A DNA stretch of 64,000 nucleotides, taken from assembly GCF_011745625.1 (NCBI RefSeq), contig NW_027191452.1, forward strand, positions 1-64,000, written 5' to 3'. Numbering within the stretch: position 1 is the first letter of the stretch; each line of letters opens with the position of its first letter. Source of the stretch: Cladosporium halotolerans. Lineage: Eukaryota. This document shows, in pieces, positions 23,510 to 34,400 of the stretch. The position numbers and the translations under genes are program-made. The notes below the pieces were generated by a model. That model did no database searches. It was not told the origin of the DNA and worked only from the letters and a program-made list of their open reading frames with translations.

Positions 23510-24410
23510 GGTCGTGGCGTTGTGCTGGTGGTCGAAAAGTGGTATCTGGCGTCAGGCCACCTGATTCCGGGAGTGCCGGTTCGAGGTTCAAGCGGTTGAG
23601 CTTCGGAAAGTGGAATAGGAAGGCGTCGTCCGGTGTTTTTCCTGTCGGATTTGGCTTCTCATCAAGTTCAGGAGCCCTGTTATCGGTAGATGGGAGTGTA
23701 GTCGAAGTGTGCAGAAGGAGCGGTATCACACTCAATGTCCGACGCAGTCTATCTCCAGCATTCGAGCTACAATGCTGGGGATTCAGCAATGAGAGTCAGT
23801 GGCTGGTACGATCTGTCCCGCGATAGCTCGGAGCTGGTGATCAAAGTTAAGGTTCCGTGCCTAGCGGATGTATATCTTCTTGGTTTGCTACTATTTCCAG
23901 ACTGGGGAATCGCTTGTTTTTCGATAGTACCTGCATCTTTGCGACGCCACAGCGTTATCAATGTTAGTTGTACGGATTCTCCAGAAAACAACGTGCGCGG
24001 AAGCCCGAAGATGCCTTCGTCGCTCTCTGCTTTCGCAAGCGGGGCACGTCAATGTCTCAGACACCTCCAGCCCACCCGCGGTCGACATTGTCTCACCACA
24101 CCAAGGCCACCAAACTATGAGGTCAGTTCCCAACGGCGCGCGTGGGGAGAACCGTTCTTCTCCCACATGCGGCCATCTCACTTCTGCTTGTACGAGCACG
24201 CTGCCGTTCACTTTTCTGGCTCCTGTCTTACATGCAGCGCGCCACATAGCCCCAGAACGCTCCATTCCTGACGTCGAGCTGCGGGCGGTGCCAATGTCAC
24301 CGTGGGATAGACTGAACAAAGTAGGTATCTAATGAGTTTGACGTCCTGTTCCGGCCCTTGATCCGCACTCCCCAGCCCACCGCCCAACCTCCAGCTCTCT
24401 TCACCGCAAG

Positions 24411-25190
24411 ATGGCCCAAGTCGACGCTTACGTTACGCCTGCACGCAAGCCCTATGATGGGAGCGGATCTCTGATCAAGCACCACGATGACAGGTCGCGG
24501 GGTAGGAACGATACCGATATCGTCATCCGTCGGACGCGTTACCGGTCCTATTCTAACGACGAGAAAATCTGTCGCTCCGACGATGACGACCGGAAATACT
24601 GTGTTGAGCGCAAGATCACCTACCGCGATGGCTACGGCAACATCATCAGAATAGTCTACGAAGACTCTTGCGGCAAAGTCATCAGGACTGTGTATCCAAA
24701 GCGGCCCCACCACCACCACTGGAAATGTGACTGTTCGAGCTCCGAGGCAACACGCAAGTGCGTCTGGAAGAAGTACGTCGTCAGAGACAGCTGCGGCTAC
24801 GTCTGGAAAATTACCTGGGTCGACTGCTACGGCAAGACTATGAAGACGGAGTATCCTGAGTGTGGCCCTCCTCGTCGGAGGTGCAGCGACACGAAGCGGA
24901 TTCAATGGAAGGATTGTAGCGACGATGATGTGGAGAGGCGGAGGTACAGCGAGACGAGGAAGTATTACGTCGACAGGAACTCTAACGTGAGGCCCTTGGG
25001 CACTGAAGTGGTCGTAAAGACGAGCGATGAGACTTCCAGTAAGCATTCGAGAAATGACTCTGCTGTTTCCTCGGGAACATCGTCTAAGGACACTGATGAG
25101 GTCGTGGAAAAGGACGAAAACGGAGTCACAAAGAAGGTCACCTACACTGATTCAAGGGGTAGACGAAGGACTGTGGTCTATGACGACTGA
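24411..25190 (+). CDS. Hypothetical Cys/Tyr/charged-rich protein with repeated DxxG beta-hairpin motifs
   Basis: 259-aa ORF with coding-like codon usage and good start context (aagATGG). Confidence 0.7.
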   Translation: MAQVDAYVTPARKPYDGSGSLIKHHDDRSRGRNDTDIVIRRTRYRSYSNDEKICRSDDDDRKYCVERKITYRDGYGNIIRIVYEDSCGKVIRTVYPKRPHHHHWKCDCSSSEATRKCVWKKYVVRDSCGYVWKITWVDCYGKTMKTEYPECGPPRRRCSDTKRIQWKDCSDDDVERRRYSETRKYYVDRNSNVRPLGTEVVVKTSDETSSKHSRNDSAVSSGTSSKDTDEVVEKDENGVTKKVTYTDSRGRRRTVVYDD

Positions 25191-25450
25191 TGGGGGTTTT
25201 GCATTCTGGGCAATCATTGTTTAATGTCGTTACGTGTGATGGATTATTTCGGTGTATGCAGTAACATTATGAAACCACGTTCTCCCTGCCTTGCCTTCAA
25301 CCAGAAATGAACCCAACCCATAGTCACTCCAAGGCCCTTCACCCACAGCTCCAGAGGCCACAGAGTCTTCGGTCAAAATATGACAACGGTAGAAAAAAGC
25401 TAGCAGCGGATCTCGACACCCGCAAGACTGCATTCAACGACCAAAAGATA

Positions 25451-25548
25451 TTCCGACGCGGGGAATTGAACCCCGGCCTTGTCGGCACTGATCCCGAATC
25501 GAATCGAAGATTGAGAGCGACAAATCCTAGCCACTAGACCACATCGGA
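25451..25548 (-). tRNA. tRNA-Glu (CTC) with 26-nt intron (25486-25511)
   Basis: Acceptor stem TCCGATG/CGTCGGA, D arm TGGTCTAGTGGCTAGGA, anticodon arm TGTCG-CT-CTC-A^C-CGACA, T loop GGTTCAATTCC, downstream TTTT. Confidence 0.95.
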
Positions 25549-25997
25549 AGTGAAATACGTATTTCGATGAGGAAGCGGCGTTCTATTGTGTACTAATAAC
25601 TCATCTAGTTGTGTACCAGTAGCTGCACGTCGAGAGGGAGCGGTTTGAGCTTGGGATGGCCTCGAAACAGCGGCCTTTCTCGGTTGCAAAATGGGTTTGC
25701 GAGTTCACTCCACTTCACTTCAATTGCAGTCCCGATTCGGAAAGAGCGACCGGTCATGCCTCCCCCCGGAGTGAGGATGCTGATGAAAAGCGAGAATCGT
25801 AGACACCGGTACACGCCCGGAGGTAACGAGATGAGCTCGGGATTGATCATGGTCCGTTGAAATGTCTATTTCCGCCATGACTACGTAGGCACATGTGATG
25901 GATTCAATTGTAGATGCCGTACCAAAATTGCAAACTCCATCAGATGCTCTTGCGAACAAGTACAGAAATCTATAATCACACACGACAGCCAAGATAC

Positions 25998-27101
25998 TCA
26001 ATCCTGGAACAAGAGCCCGGCAGCATACTCCACATTCCCACCAGTGCTATTCAACGCCGCCACCGCCTGTTGCTGACTGAACCCCAAATCCTGCAGTGTC
26101 TTTACACTCTCAGCCGGAAAAGGGTGCTGGGGGGGCGGCAGTTGTTGCGCGGGCCCTCCCATACCATACGGTCGTATGGGTACCTGCTGCCGAGGCGCAG
26201 TCGCAGGCAACGGCGTCCGCAACACTCTGCCCATATTCGCCGCCCACTCCCACGGCCTGTCGGATCCGCCAGGCAAGGCGTTGAAATACTCCCAGCCCAT
26301 GACGCCGCCGAAGTTCGGATACTTCGTGCGTAGCGTCCGGAGAACGTTCTCCATAGTAGCCCAAGGTACGTGGCCAGCGCCATTCGCAGGATTCGTGACA
26401 AGCCCCATGACCACTTTGTCTGCGCGCCAGCCGAGCCCGATGATCGCGTCGTACCATGCTGTCGTCGAGGGGTCGCCCCAGCCGCAGTAGAATTGGGTGT
26501 TGTACCAAGCGATTTCGTAGCCACGCATCTGCTCCAGCAGACTATACTGGATCGGGCCGGAGAGATGAGGTTGGTTCGGTAAGAGAGCTGTGGCGACTGG
26601 TGCAAGAGTGATGAGGAAGCTGGGGCCGAAGTCCGCTCGTAAGCGGTCGATGAGGCGGATTGCGCCTGTCAGGGACATGGGTTCTTCGATGTCGAGGTCA
26701 AGACCGTCGAACCTGTGCTTTCGCAACATATCGCGGAGGGGTATGTATTGTGCCTCGAAGCGCTCGTGGTCGGCTCCGTCCAGGCGCTCGTAAGAGCCTT
26801 TCGCGGCGCCACCGAGCATGCCGAGCACTTTCACGCCGCTGGCTTGGAGCCATGCCATCTCACCGTACAAGAGCCCGAACTTCTCGTGCTCAGGGTGGTC
26901 ATCGTTGAGCGTGATGTTGCCTGGACCTTCGTTCAGATGGATTGCGGCGACAATGACGTGTGTGACGCCGGTGTTGTTGGTGATGAGGGGTAGCAGCGAG
27001 ACTGGAGGACCATTATTGGGGCCATGGTGTGTTTGGTGATATACCACGACCTTTGACCCTTGCCCAGGAGGCAAGAGCTGATTTGGTTGACCGGCAGACA
27101 T
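25998..27101 (-). CDS. Cytosolic GH18 endo-beta-N-acetylglucosaminidase-like protein with C-terminal UBA domain (5' end uncertain)
   Basis: VVYHQTHH, THVIVAAIHLN, LGGAAKGS, FDGLDLDIEE (GH18 catalytic), WYNTQFYCGWG, GVMGWEYFN. Pro-rich linker, then LQDLGFSQQQAVAALNSTGGNVEYAAGLLF. Confidence 0.88.
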   Translation of the reverse strand: MSAGQPNQLLPPGQGSKVVVYHQTHHGPNNGPPVSLLPLITNNTGVTHVIVAAIHLNEGPGNITLNDDHPEHEKFGLLYGEMAWLQASGVKVLGMLGGAAKGSYERLDGADHERFEAQYIPLRDMLRKHRFDGLDLDIEEPMSLTGAIRLIDRLRADFGPSFLITLAPVATALLPNQPHLSGPIQYSLLEQMRGYEIAWYNTQFYCGWGDPSTTAWYDAIIGLGWRADKVVMGLVTNPANGAGHVPWATMENVLRTLRTKYPNFGGVMGWEYFNALPGGSDRPWEWAANMGRVLRTPLPATAPRQQVPIRPYGMGGPAQQLPPPQHPFPAESVKTLQDLGFSQQQAVAALNSTGGNVEYAAGLLFQD

Positions 27102-27566
27102 TAGCCAGGTTGTCTGGCACCGAAGCAGTGGAAAGTTGAATGACAGGCAGGTGCTGGCTGAACGTGCAGGAAGTGGGGCAATTCTGGGAGGCCTAGCGGA
27201 CACGATTGCAACAACATCGTCCGCGATAGGGCAGTCTTTCTCTAGAAAATCTTGTTGTTCCGATTAGAGCTCTGAACAGTAGGAGTTCAAAGCTGTCTAT
27301 CTACATTTGGACGATATAACTGGTGGTCGGAACAAGCAAGATCGTAAACTCAGTCATCAAGCCCCGAGTATCAAACAATATCAATACTCGCAGCGACCCT
27401 TCGCGAAGGAAACAATCAGACGATAAGGGACGACTCAAGACCTAACACTCAGACCACCACCCATCCTCACCACGGATCATCCATCCATAAATCAACCTAC
27501 ACTCCACCATCACCTCCAAGACTCCCACACCCCCGTCACGACACGCCAACCCACACCACCCCAACC

Positions 27567-28268
27567 ATGCCCTCCATCCGCCCCGTCTCCCTCCCCACCG
27601 ACCACGCCGCCCTCGACCACATCTTCCGCACCACCTCCGGCCCCTCCTTCAAGCCCGAGCCCGCCGCCACAATCTCCTCCCACCTCTTCTGCCACGCCTA
27701 CGCCGCCCTCGAACCCCGCACCTCCCTCGTCCTCGTCGACTCCTCCAACACCCCCGTAGGCTACATCCTCGGCACGCCCGACACGCGCGCCTTCGCGTCC
27801 CGCTGGAAGCGCGAGTACGCCGCGGGCCTCGACCTGGCGGGCATCGCGCGGCCGCCGGACTACGCCGCGCAGGGCCTGCCGCGGCCGGCGGACTTCGAGA
27901 GCAGCCTGCTGGACCTGCTGTTCAACTCGCCGGAGGAGCTGCTGAACCTGCACGTTCCCAGCCGTGAGGAACCGCTCGCAGGGACGTGGGGGGCGCACTT
28001 CCACGTCGACATCTTGCCGGCGTACCAGCGGCAGGGGTGGGGGGCGGCGATGGTGGAGGAGATGTGTGGGGCGCTGAGGGCGGGGGGCGCGAGGGGGGTG
28101 CATTTGGGGCTGGAGGGGCGGAATGAGGGCGCGGCGAGGTTTTATGCGCGGATGGGGTTTCGGCGGGCGGAGGTTGTGTTGGATGGGGGGGCTAGTGGGG
28201 AGGTGGGGAGGATGGCGGGGGAGAATGGGACGGTGTTTATGGTCAAGGATCTGGTTGAGGGCGTATAG
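27567..28268 (+). CDS. GNAT family acetyltransferase
   Basis: VGYILG, AHFHVDILPAYQRQGWG (acetyl-CoA motif A), GVHLG, NEGAARFYARMGF. Confidence 0.9.
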   Translation: MPSIRPVSLPTDHAALDHIFRTTSGPSFKPEPAATISSHLFCHAYAALEPRTSLVLVDSSNTPVGYILGTPDTRAFASRWKREYAAGLDLAGIARPPDYAAQGLPRPADFESSLLDLLFNSPEELLNLHVPSREEPLAGTWGAHFHVDILPAYQRQGWGAAMVEEMCGALRAGGARGVHLGLEGRNEGAARFYARMGFRRAEVVLDGGASGEVGRMAGENGTVFMVKDLVEGV

Positions 28269-28386
28269 AAAGGTGGAGATGGAAGATCATCGAGACGTGC
28301 GACGGTCATGCTTCGTGTGGTTTTGCCCTAATGCTCGCTGAACGCTCAAAACAGAATGCCGAAAAGGGAATGCTTTTTTTTTGTGT

Positions 28387-30702
28387 TCACCTGATACCGC
28401 CCTGAAGGAATGTGTTTACCGCGCCCATCCTCCTCGACTCTTGCGAAATCCTCATGCTGTCCTGGCTGGGACGTATGCCGCTAGCACCCTGTCCGCGACG
28501 TCCCGTTACGCCAGTCGCCGCAGCAGGCGTGAAAGCCTCCCAAGCGCTGCTGATGCCTTCCGGCACAGATGGCGAGAAAGTGGTGTCTTCGGGATAGAGA
28601 CGCTTGCCGTCCAGCTCCTCCTTGCGAGCGTTGCGGAACCCGGCGGCTTCGGTGTCGGAAACGGTGACGCTGTACGTAGGGTTCTCAGAGCTGCCGACGG
28701 CTGCGTCGTTGCCGCCCGGCGGGTCAATGGGAATGCGGCGCATGGTCGCTAGCAGTTCGCACATGAACTTGTTGCGGCGGATCTGGCGAAGGTGCTCGTT
28801 GGCGAAGTTGGACTGCTTGATGTTAGCGGTTGCATCTCTTGGAGATGGCTTCACATATTCTCTCACCTTGTGCTTGATCTCAACCCTCAAATCAAGCTGC
28901 TTCATATCGCCCAGACTGATCAACTCAACGTCAATCTCATTCTGGAAATCGCGCTTATTCTCCGGCGCCTGCACGAACTTCTCCAGCTCTCCCCTCAGCG
29001 TCAGGATATCCGCATTGCTCGTCGCAGCGCAAACGCTGAAATTGTACTGCTCCTTCATCGACCTGCTGCGCGACACGTTCTCGATCCAGAGGGTGTTTGC
29101 GATGTTGTGCGGGATCTGCACGGTCTTGTCGGAGTCGATGCGGCGGAAGACGGAGTACATGAGCGAGATGCGCTCGACGACGAGCTGGACGTCCTTGATG
29201 TCGACGCGGTCGCCGACGTCGTAAGGGTGCTTGACAAAGAGGAAGATGATGCAGGCGAGGAACTCGGTGACGGTGCCGCCGATGGCGAAGGCGAGACCGG
29301 TGAAAGTCGTCCAGAGTTGAGTGGCTCTGCTGGCGAAGGCCTCGCTGAAGAAGGTGGCGTAGATGAGAGCGATGGCGATCAGGACCATGAAGCTGAGGAT
29401 CTTGTCGAGAACGCCGATGGCGTGGCTGATATCTTGCATGCTGGTGGCTCTGTTCTTGCGCTCTTCGCCGAGGCCGACGACGAGCATTGTCATTTCTTCC
29501 ATGCTGACGTCGCCGTTGCCATCGCGATCGAGAGCTGCAAAGATGACCTCCGCCTCGCTGGCTCTGTTCGTACCGCGAACCTCAAGCAAGTCATTCTTCA
29601 GGAGAACGTCTCTACTATCACCGACGAAAGAAAGCCAGAGTCTGCGCGCAAGAGCCTTGGAGCCACGCTCCGTCTCCAACGCCTCGACGACGACAGAATG
29701 CGCGCTTGTAGTGCTGAAAACTTCCTTTCCAGTAATATCCGAAGCCATGACACCAAAAGCAGCGGTCACCTTGTCGCGCGCGCGACCCATATCGTTGAAG
29801 ATCTTGGTACCAACGCCAGCTTTCGCCATCGCCTCTCGGACCTCGTGCAGAGTGTTGCCCTGAATCTCAGCATCTTCGAGCATGAACTCCCTGCAGTATT
29901 CCGGGAACAGGAGGCGGGAAGCGTCGTACAATAGGTCAAGCAGCCGGATCAGCTTCTTGTTCTCCTTGATCTTCTCATTGTACTGCTTTCGATGGTAGTT
30001 GATGCTAATGAGCTGGATGAGGGTCTTCTCCGCGAGGAAGATGGCGGCGACAATTATGCCGGCTTTGAAGACGGTCTTGAGGTTCCTCAGCCAAGTGGTG
30101 TTGCAGGTGTCGCCGAAAGTGCAAATGACGCCCGTGGTGGCGAACGCGACGATGGCCCAGAAGAGAAGCGAGATCGGGACTTCCAGAGCAGCGAGCACAA
30201 GCGAGTACTTCCTGACGCCCGTGCTGATCAGACCGCAAGCAGCTTGAAAGACGAACGGCACAGCTTTGGCGAGCAGCTTGCAGACCCAAAGCGCGACCCA
30301 GAGCACCTCGACCCAGACAAAGATACCAAGCAGTCTGACTTCGCCGACCTTGTGGTTCTTCCAGACCGTGCGGACGAGGATGATCGGCACCGCCAGCAGT
30401 GCCGCGACCGGGAGGATGTACAGGGCGTAGCGGGTGAGGATATTGGTGCTGTGGATCTTCCAGAGGAAGTTGCCGACCTTCGTCAGCGTGTCTTCTTCCT
30501 CCTCGTAGGGTTTGGCCTTCGCGGCGGCGTCCATGTTGCTGTGGGTCGTCTTTCTGCGGCCCAGGACGGGACGCTCGCTGGGCGAGTCCATGGAGGTGAC
30601 GGTCACATTGGCCTTCTTGCCGCCGGACTCGAGGTCGGCGAGGAGGATGGACTTGGCGCCGGTTGAAGGCGTGCTGGGGTTAGAAGAGGCAAGGAACGAC
30701 AT
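28387..30702 (-). CDS. MscS-like mechanosensitive channel with EF-hand (Msy1/Msy2 type); intron 28813-28866
   Basis: Several TM segments, EF-hand DRDGNGDVSMEE, IFLFVKHPYDVGDRV, WIENVSRS, RRNKFMCEL. Confidence 0.92.
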   Translation of the reverse strand: MSFLASSNPSTPSTGAKSILLADLESGGKKANVTVTSMDSPSERPVLGRRKTTHSNMDAAAKAKPYEEEEDTLTKVGNFLWKIHSTNILTRYALYILPVAALLAVPIILVRTVWKNHKVGEVRLLGIFVWVEVLWVALWVCKLLAKAVPFVFQAACGLISTGVRKYSLVLAALEVPISLLFWAIVAFATTGVICTFGDTCNTTWLRNLKTVFKAGIIVAAIFLAEKTLIQLISINYHRKQYNEKIKENKKLIRLLDLLYDASRLLFPEYCREFMLEDAEIQGNTLHEVREAMAKAGVGTKIFNDMGRARDKVTAAFGVMASDITGKEVFSTTSAHSVVVEALETERGSKALARRLWLSFVGDSRDVLLKNDLLEVRGTNRASEAEVIFAALDRDGNGDVSMEEMTMLVVGLGEERKNRATSMQDISHAIGVLDKILSFMVLIAIALIYATFFSEAFASRATQLWTTFTGLAFAIGGTVTEFLACIIFLFVKHPYDVGDRVDIKDVQLVVERISLMYSVFRRIDSDKTVQIPHNIANTLWIENVSRSRSMKEQYNFSVCAATSNADILTLRGELEKFVQAPENKRDFQNEIDVELISLGDMKQLDLRVEIKHKVREYVKPSPRDATANIKQSNFANEHLRQIRRNKFMCELLATMRRIPIDPPGGNDAAVGSSENPTYSVTVSDTEAAGFRNARKEELDGKRLYPEDTTFSPSVPEGISSAWEAFTPAAATGVTGRRGQGASGIRPSQDSMRISQESRRMGAVNTFLQGGIR

Positions 30703-31454
30703 GGCGAGTGAGTATTGGAGTAGCGCCGGGCTACTGCTGAGATGTGAAGGGCAGTAATTGTTCTGTGCTCAAGCAAACGCAACGACAGGGAAGGAGGAAA
30801 GAGAGACCGGCAAAAGAGTGAGCGCGGTCCCACAGATGCAAAACGCAGCAATGCTGGGGATGGTATGAAGAAGCACGAGAATCGACGTGCTTGGGATATT
30901 GAAGGAAGCCATCGTCAAGGCATGTCCACGCCTTGCGCTTGGACGCGTCTGGCCACGCCGTTTTTCATATGTTTCGCGGCGCGCGCGCGCCCCTCCTGGC
31001 GCCGGCATGTGGCGCCCAATGGCTGCGCGGGAGCGCAGGCGATTGGCCGGTGCCTGCAGATGTTGAGCTTCACCGCAGTAGGTAACAATGTGCTACAATG
31101 CACTGCGTGTGCAGGCACAAGAGTAGCTCTGACAGCGCATACGAAGAAAGCGCTATCAGCTGCGATTGTTCTTCGTATTGTAGAGCAGAAACAGCCAGAG
31201 CAGCCAGAACAGGCAGTGAAGTCTAGATTAGCAGCTCGCCTCCAAGCGTTTGCTCGCTTGTCTGGGGTTCTGCGGGAGGCGGCGCCACTCCACGCGTCCG
31301 CGCCGTTAGCTGCGCAAAAGCGGGCAAGGCCAGGTCAACCTGAAACGCAGGCCGGGCTGAACAGCAAACGTGGGTATCATTTCTACATGTGGCCTAAGGT
31401 ATCATTCCAGCACGCACGTCAGAGTGCACCGACTTATCCTACAAGGGTCCGGCC

Positions 31455-34400
31455 TCACTTGCCTCTCCCGACGCCCTTCACACCGCCCAGCACCCTCTCC
31501 GTGCTCTCGAACGCCCTGTCCAGCTTCGCCAGCGCCTCGGCCTTCTGCTTGTCCGTGACCAGCTTGTCGCCCAGCGGCAGGTCTCGCAGAGCGTTCTGCA
31601 TGAGCTCGGCCGCCTTCTCTGCAGTCGTCTTCGTCGTCGCCGGCAGCCGTGGCTTGCTGACCCCTGCGCCTGTCGCCACTGCAGAAGCAGAAGGGAAGCC
31701 GCTGTTCGAGCCGAACGCCGAGGTTCCGTGAACGTTCGCGGGCTCCTTGCGCCGCAAGCCCACTTGGCCTCTGCCGTCCATGAACGTCTCGTAGCCGTTA
31801 GTGTCGAGGACTTCGCGGGGCACGTCTTCGATGGCGCCGAGAGTGACGGCGCCGCCTTGGAGATGTCTCACGCCTGCCATCTTCTTAATCACGTTGGCGT
31901 TCTCCTCGCACCCTTCGACCGCGAATCGCAGACACATGATGGCGTGCTCGCGGATGTAAGGGTTGTGCTCGTCGTGCCTGCAGCAGCCGACGAGAGCCTC
32001 CAGCCCGCCGTACTCGCGGACCTGATCCTGCACCATCCGGTTCTTCCAGATCAGTGACGACAATACGAGCACAGTAAGCTTCTTGAGGTTGCGCCATTCG
32101 AAGTCCGAAGGCTCATCTTGAGCATCCTCGGGGTACGCGAGCGGCGTCTCCGCCTCGAAGATCTGAGACTGCGGCTGTGGCGGCGGCACCGGCAGGGGAA
32201 GAGGTGGCAGCGTCGGGTCAGGGACGTCGACGTCAAACGGCCTTTCCACCGCAACGGGAGCTGGACTCTGCGCGGGCTGACTGGGCACACGTGCGTCTGC
32301 AGACGAGGCCCTCTGCGGGATCTGACCTGCTGGCGCGCTGACCCGCCTGGTTGGGATGGGCTGCATCATGTTGGCAGCGCCCATCTTAGGAATGCCTCCC
32401 TCCAGCTCGCGCAGGAGCGTGACCAGCTCAGACGCGATCTCCCATCCGCCCAGGATCTCCTTCCACACGCCTTCCTCCGTAAGAACCGCGAAGAACTCCA
32501 GGTACTGATAGACGCCCTCATACATGCGTTCCATGTCCCACAGATTAAGCGGAAAGTCTTCAGGCGAGGCGCGGCCCATGTGAATCTGCCCTTGTAGGAA
32601 GATAAGCGCGCAAGTCTGCGGGATGATGTGCTGACGGAACTCCGTAAAGATGAAGTTAAGGATGTGCAGATCGACCCTCTGCGGCACGTTCGGCGGCAGC
32701 GGCGTGCCCGAACGCAGGGTGAGAAGCGTTTCGACGTCGACCATCGGCACCGGCGTTGACAGGTCAGCAGCAGCGGCAGCCTTGTTGCCCTCGCTTCGGG
32801 CGCGGAAAATGTTGGTCAGAAGCTTCATGATGACGGCCTGAGCAGGGGATATTATGTCCTTGCTCCGTGATCGGTCACGGAAGGCGTGGTACGCGTATGG
32901 CATCAGGCCGTTCTGCAGGATGGCCTCCATGATCTTAACCATGAATTTGAAGTAGAGCTCTTCTTCTCTGAGGTCCCATGCTGCGACAAAGATCAAGAGT
33001 TCTCGAAGTAGATTGCGACCATTGTCCTGAGCTAGGAGCAAGTGGCATCTCACGGTATGCATGTTAATCAGAGCGTTGCGCTCTTGCTGTGACTTGCATT
33101 GCGCCAGCTGATTTGCGGGTGGCACAATGCCGCTCATGACGATCATCGGCAGGACCTCGATCTCACTGGGACCCAGGATGAGGGGCACATCGGTGAGCAA
33201 GCCTCGACCGTCTTCAGTCGACCCAGGGTACTCTTCTTCTTCGTCAGCTTCCTCCTCTGATTCTTCCTCTTCCTCTTCCTCCTCTTGCTCGCTTTCGGAG
33301 GTCAAGCTCTCCTCATCGAATGTCTCGGAGTCCAAGAGCGCGCTCCTCAAGCGCGGTTTTGGCTGACTAGGCGGAAGGCGAGGGTCGGAAGGGTGAAGAC
33401 GTGGAGGGCTACGACTCATGGTACGCGTGCGTTCGATCGGATTGCCGACCATATCCGTCTGTTGCGGTCTGGTATTGAGGCCATCCGGGTGCCTGCTGGC
33501 TGGAAGATTAGGATCAGGCGGCGGTGGTGGTTCGTACCCTTCCAGTCGCTTCATGAGCTCCGATTTCCCAGACTCCAGTATCTTAGTACCAGCATCCGCA
33601 GTGAATAGCATTTTCAGATCGTCATGGTTGATGGGCCGGGGTTGAGCACCCTGCTCAGTCCAGTTTAGCGACCCATCGTTCTCGTAGACACCAGGTTCAA
33701 TGGGTGCAACGCTCGGCGTCTCGCCTTTATAGCGCTCTGACAGCACCTCCTCTAGTTGAGCTATCCGCCTTTCTGCAGTTTTGCTGTGTTGGGAGTTGTC
33801 AGCAGCTCGGGCTGCAGCGCGCTGCTTCTCGGCTGCCAGTGCAAGTTTCGCCTCGAAGACCTTAACGTCTGCCAGATATTTCTCCTGAGCATCTTCGTAC
33901 TTTCGCTGATAGTGCATCTTTGCAGGGGGGTCCAGCTCCATCCATCTCCGCGGCATGTCCAAATGCACTTCTGCGTATGTAGGATCCCGCTGATATGTGT
34001 CTAGGTACTCCTCCACGCAAAAGTCGAGATTCCTCTTGACGAAAAGCACGTATCCGTTCGGCGTCATGGTTTTCCTGCCTTCTTCCACCTCTTCAGGCAT
34101 GGGTTTCCAGTCATCTTTCATGAGCGGCACAGCGCCTTCCAGCGTAAGCGTTTCCTCGCCATTTGTGCCATAAGCCATCAGCATGTGACGCTTGGTGACA
34201 GGGGGTTCGGGCTCTCTGGTGGGGTTCGAGGGAATATCCTTCAGACCAGTCGAAGTCGTGTCGGGTATATCCTCAGGCGCAAGGACAGTCTCAGAAGTGC
34301 TGTCGAACAAGCTCACCCAGAGCATAAGCTTCCGTCGCTCATTTTGTGCCACCATGTTGTTGAGGAACTGCAAGCTCGTGATGAGCAACTTCTTATACGC

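Noticed and set aside
29490..29540. EF-hand inside the MscS channel
   Set aside because: Established feature of fungal Msy1/Msy2-type channels; not novel.
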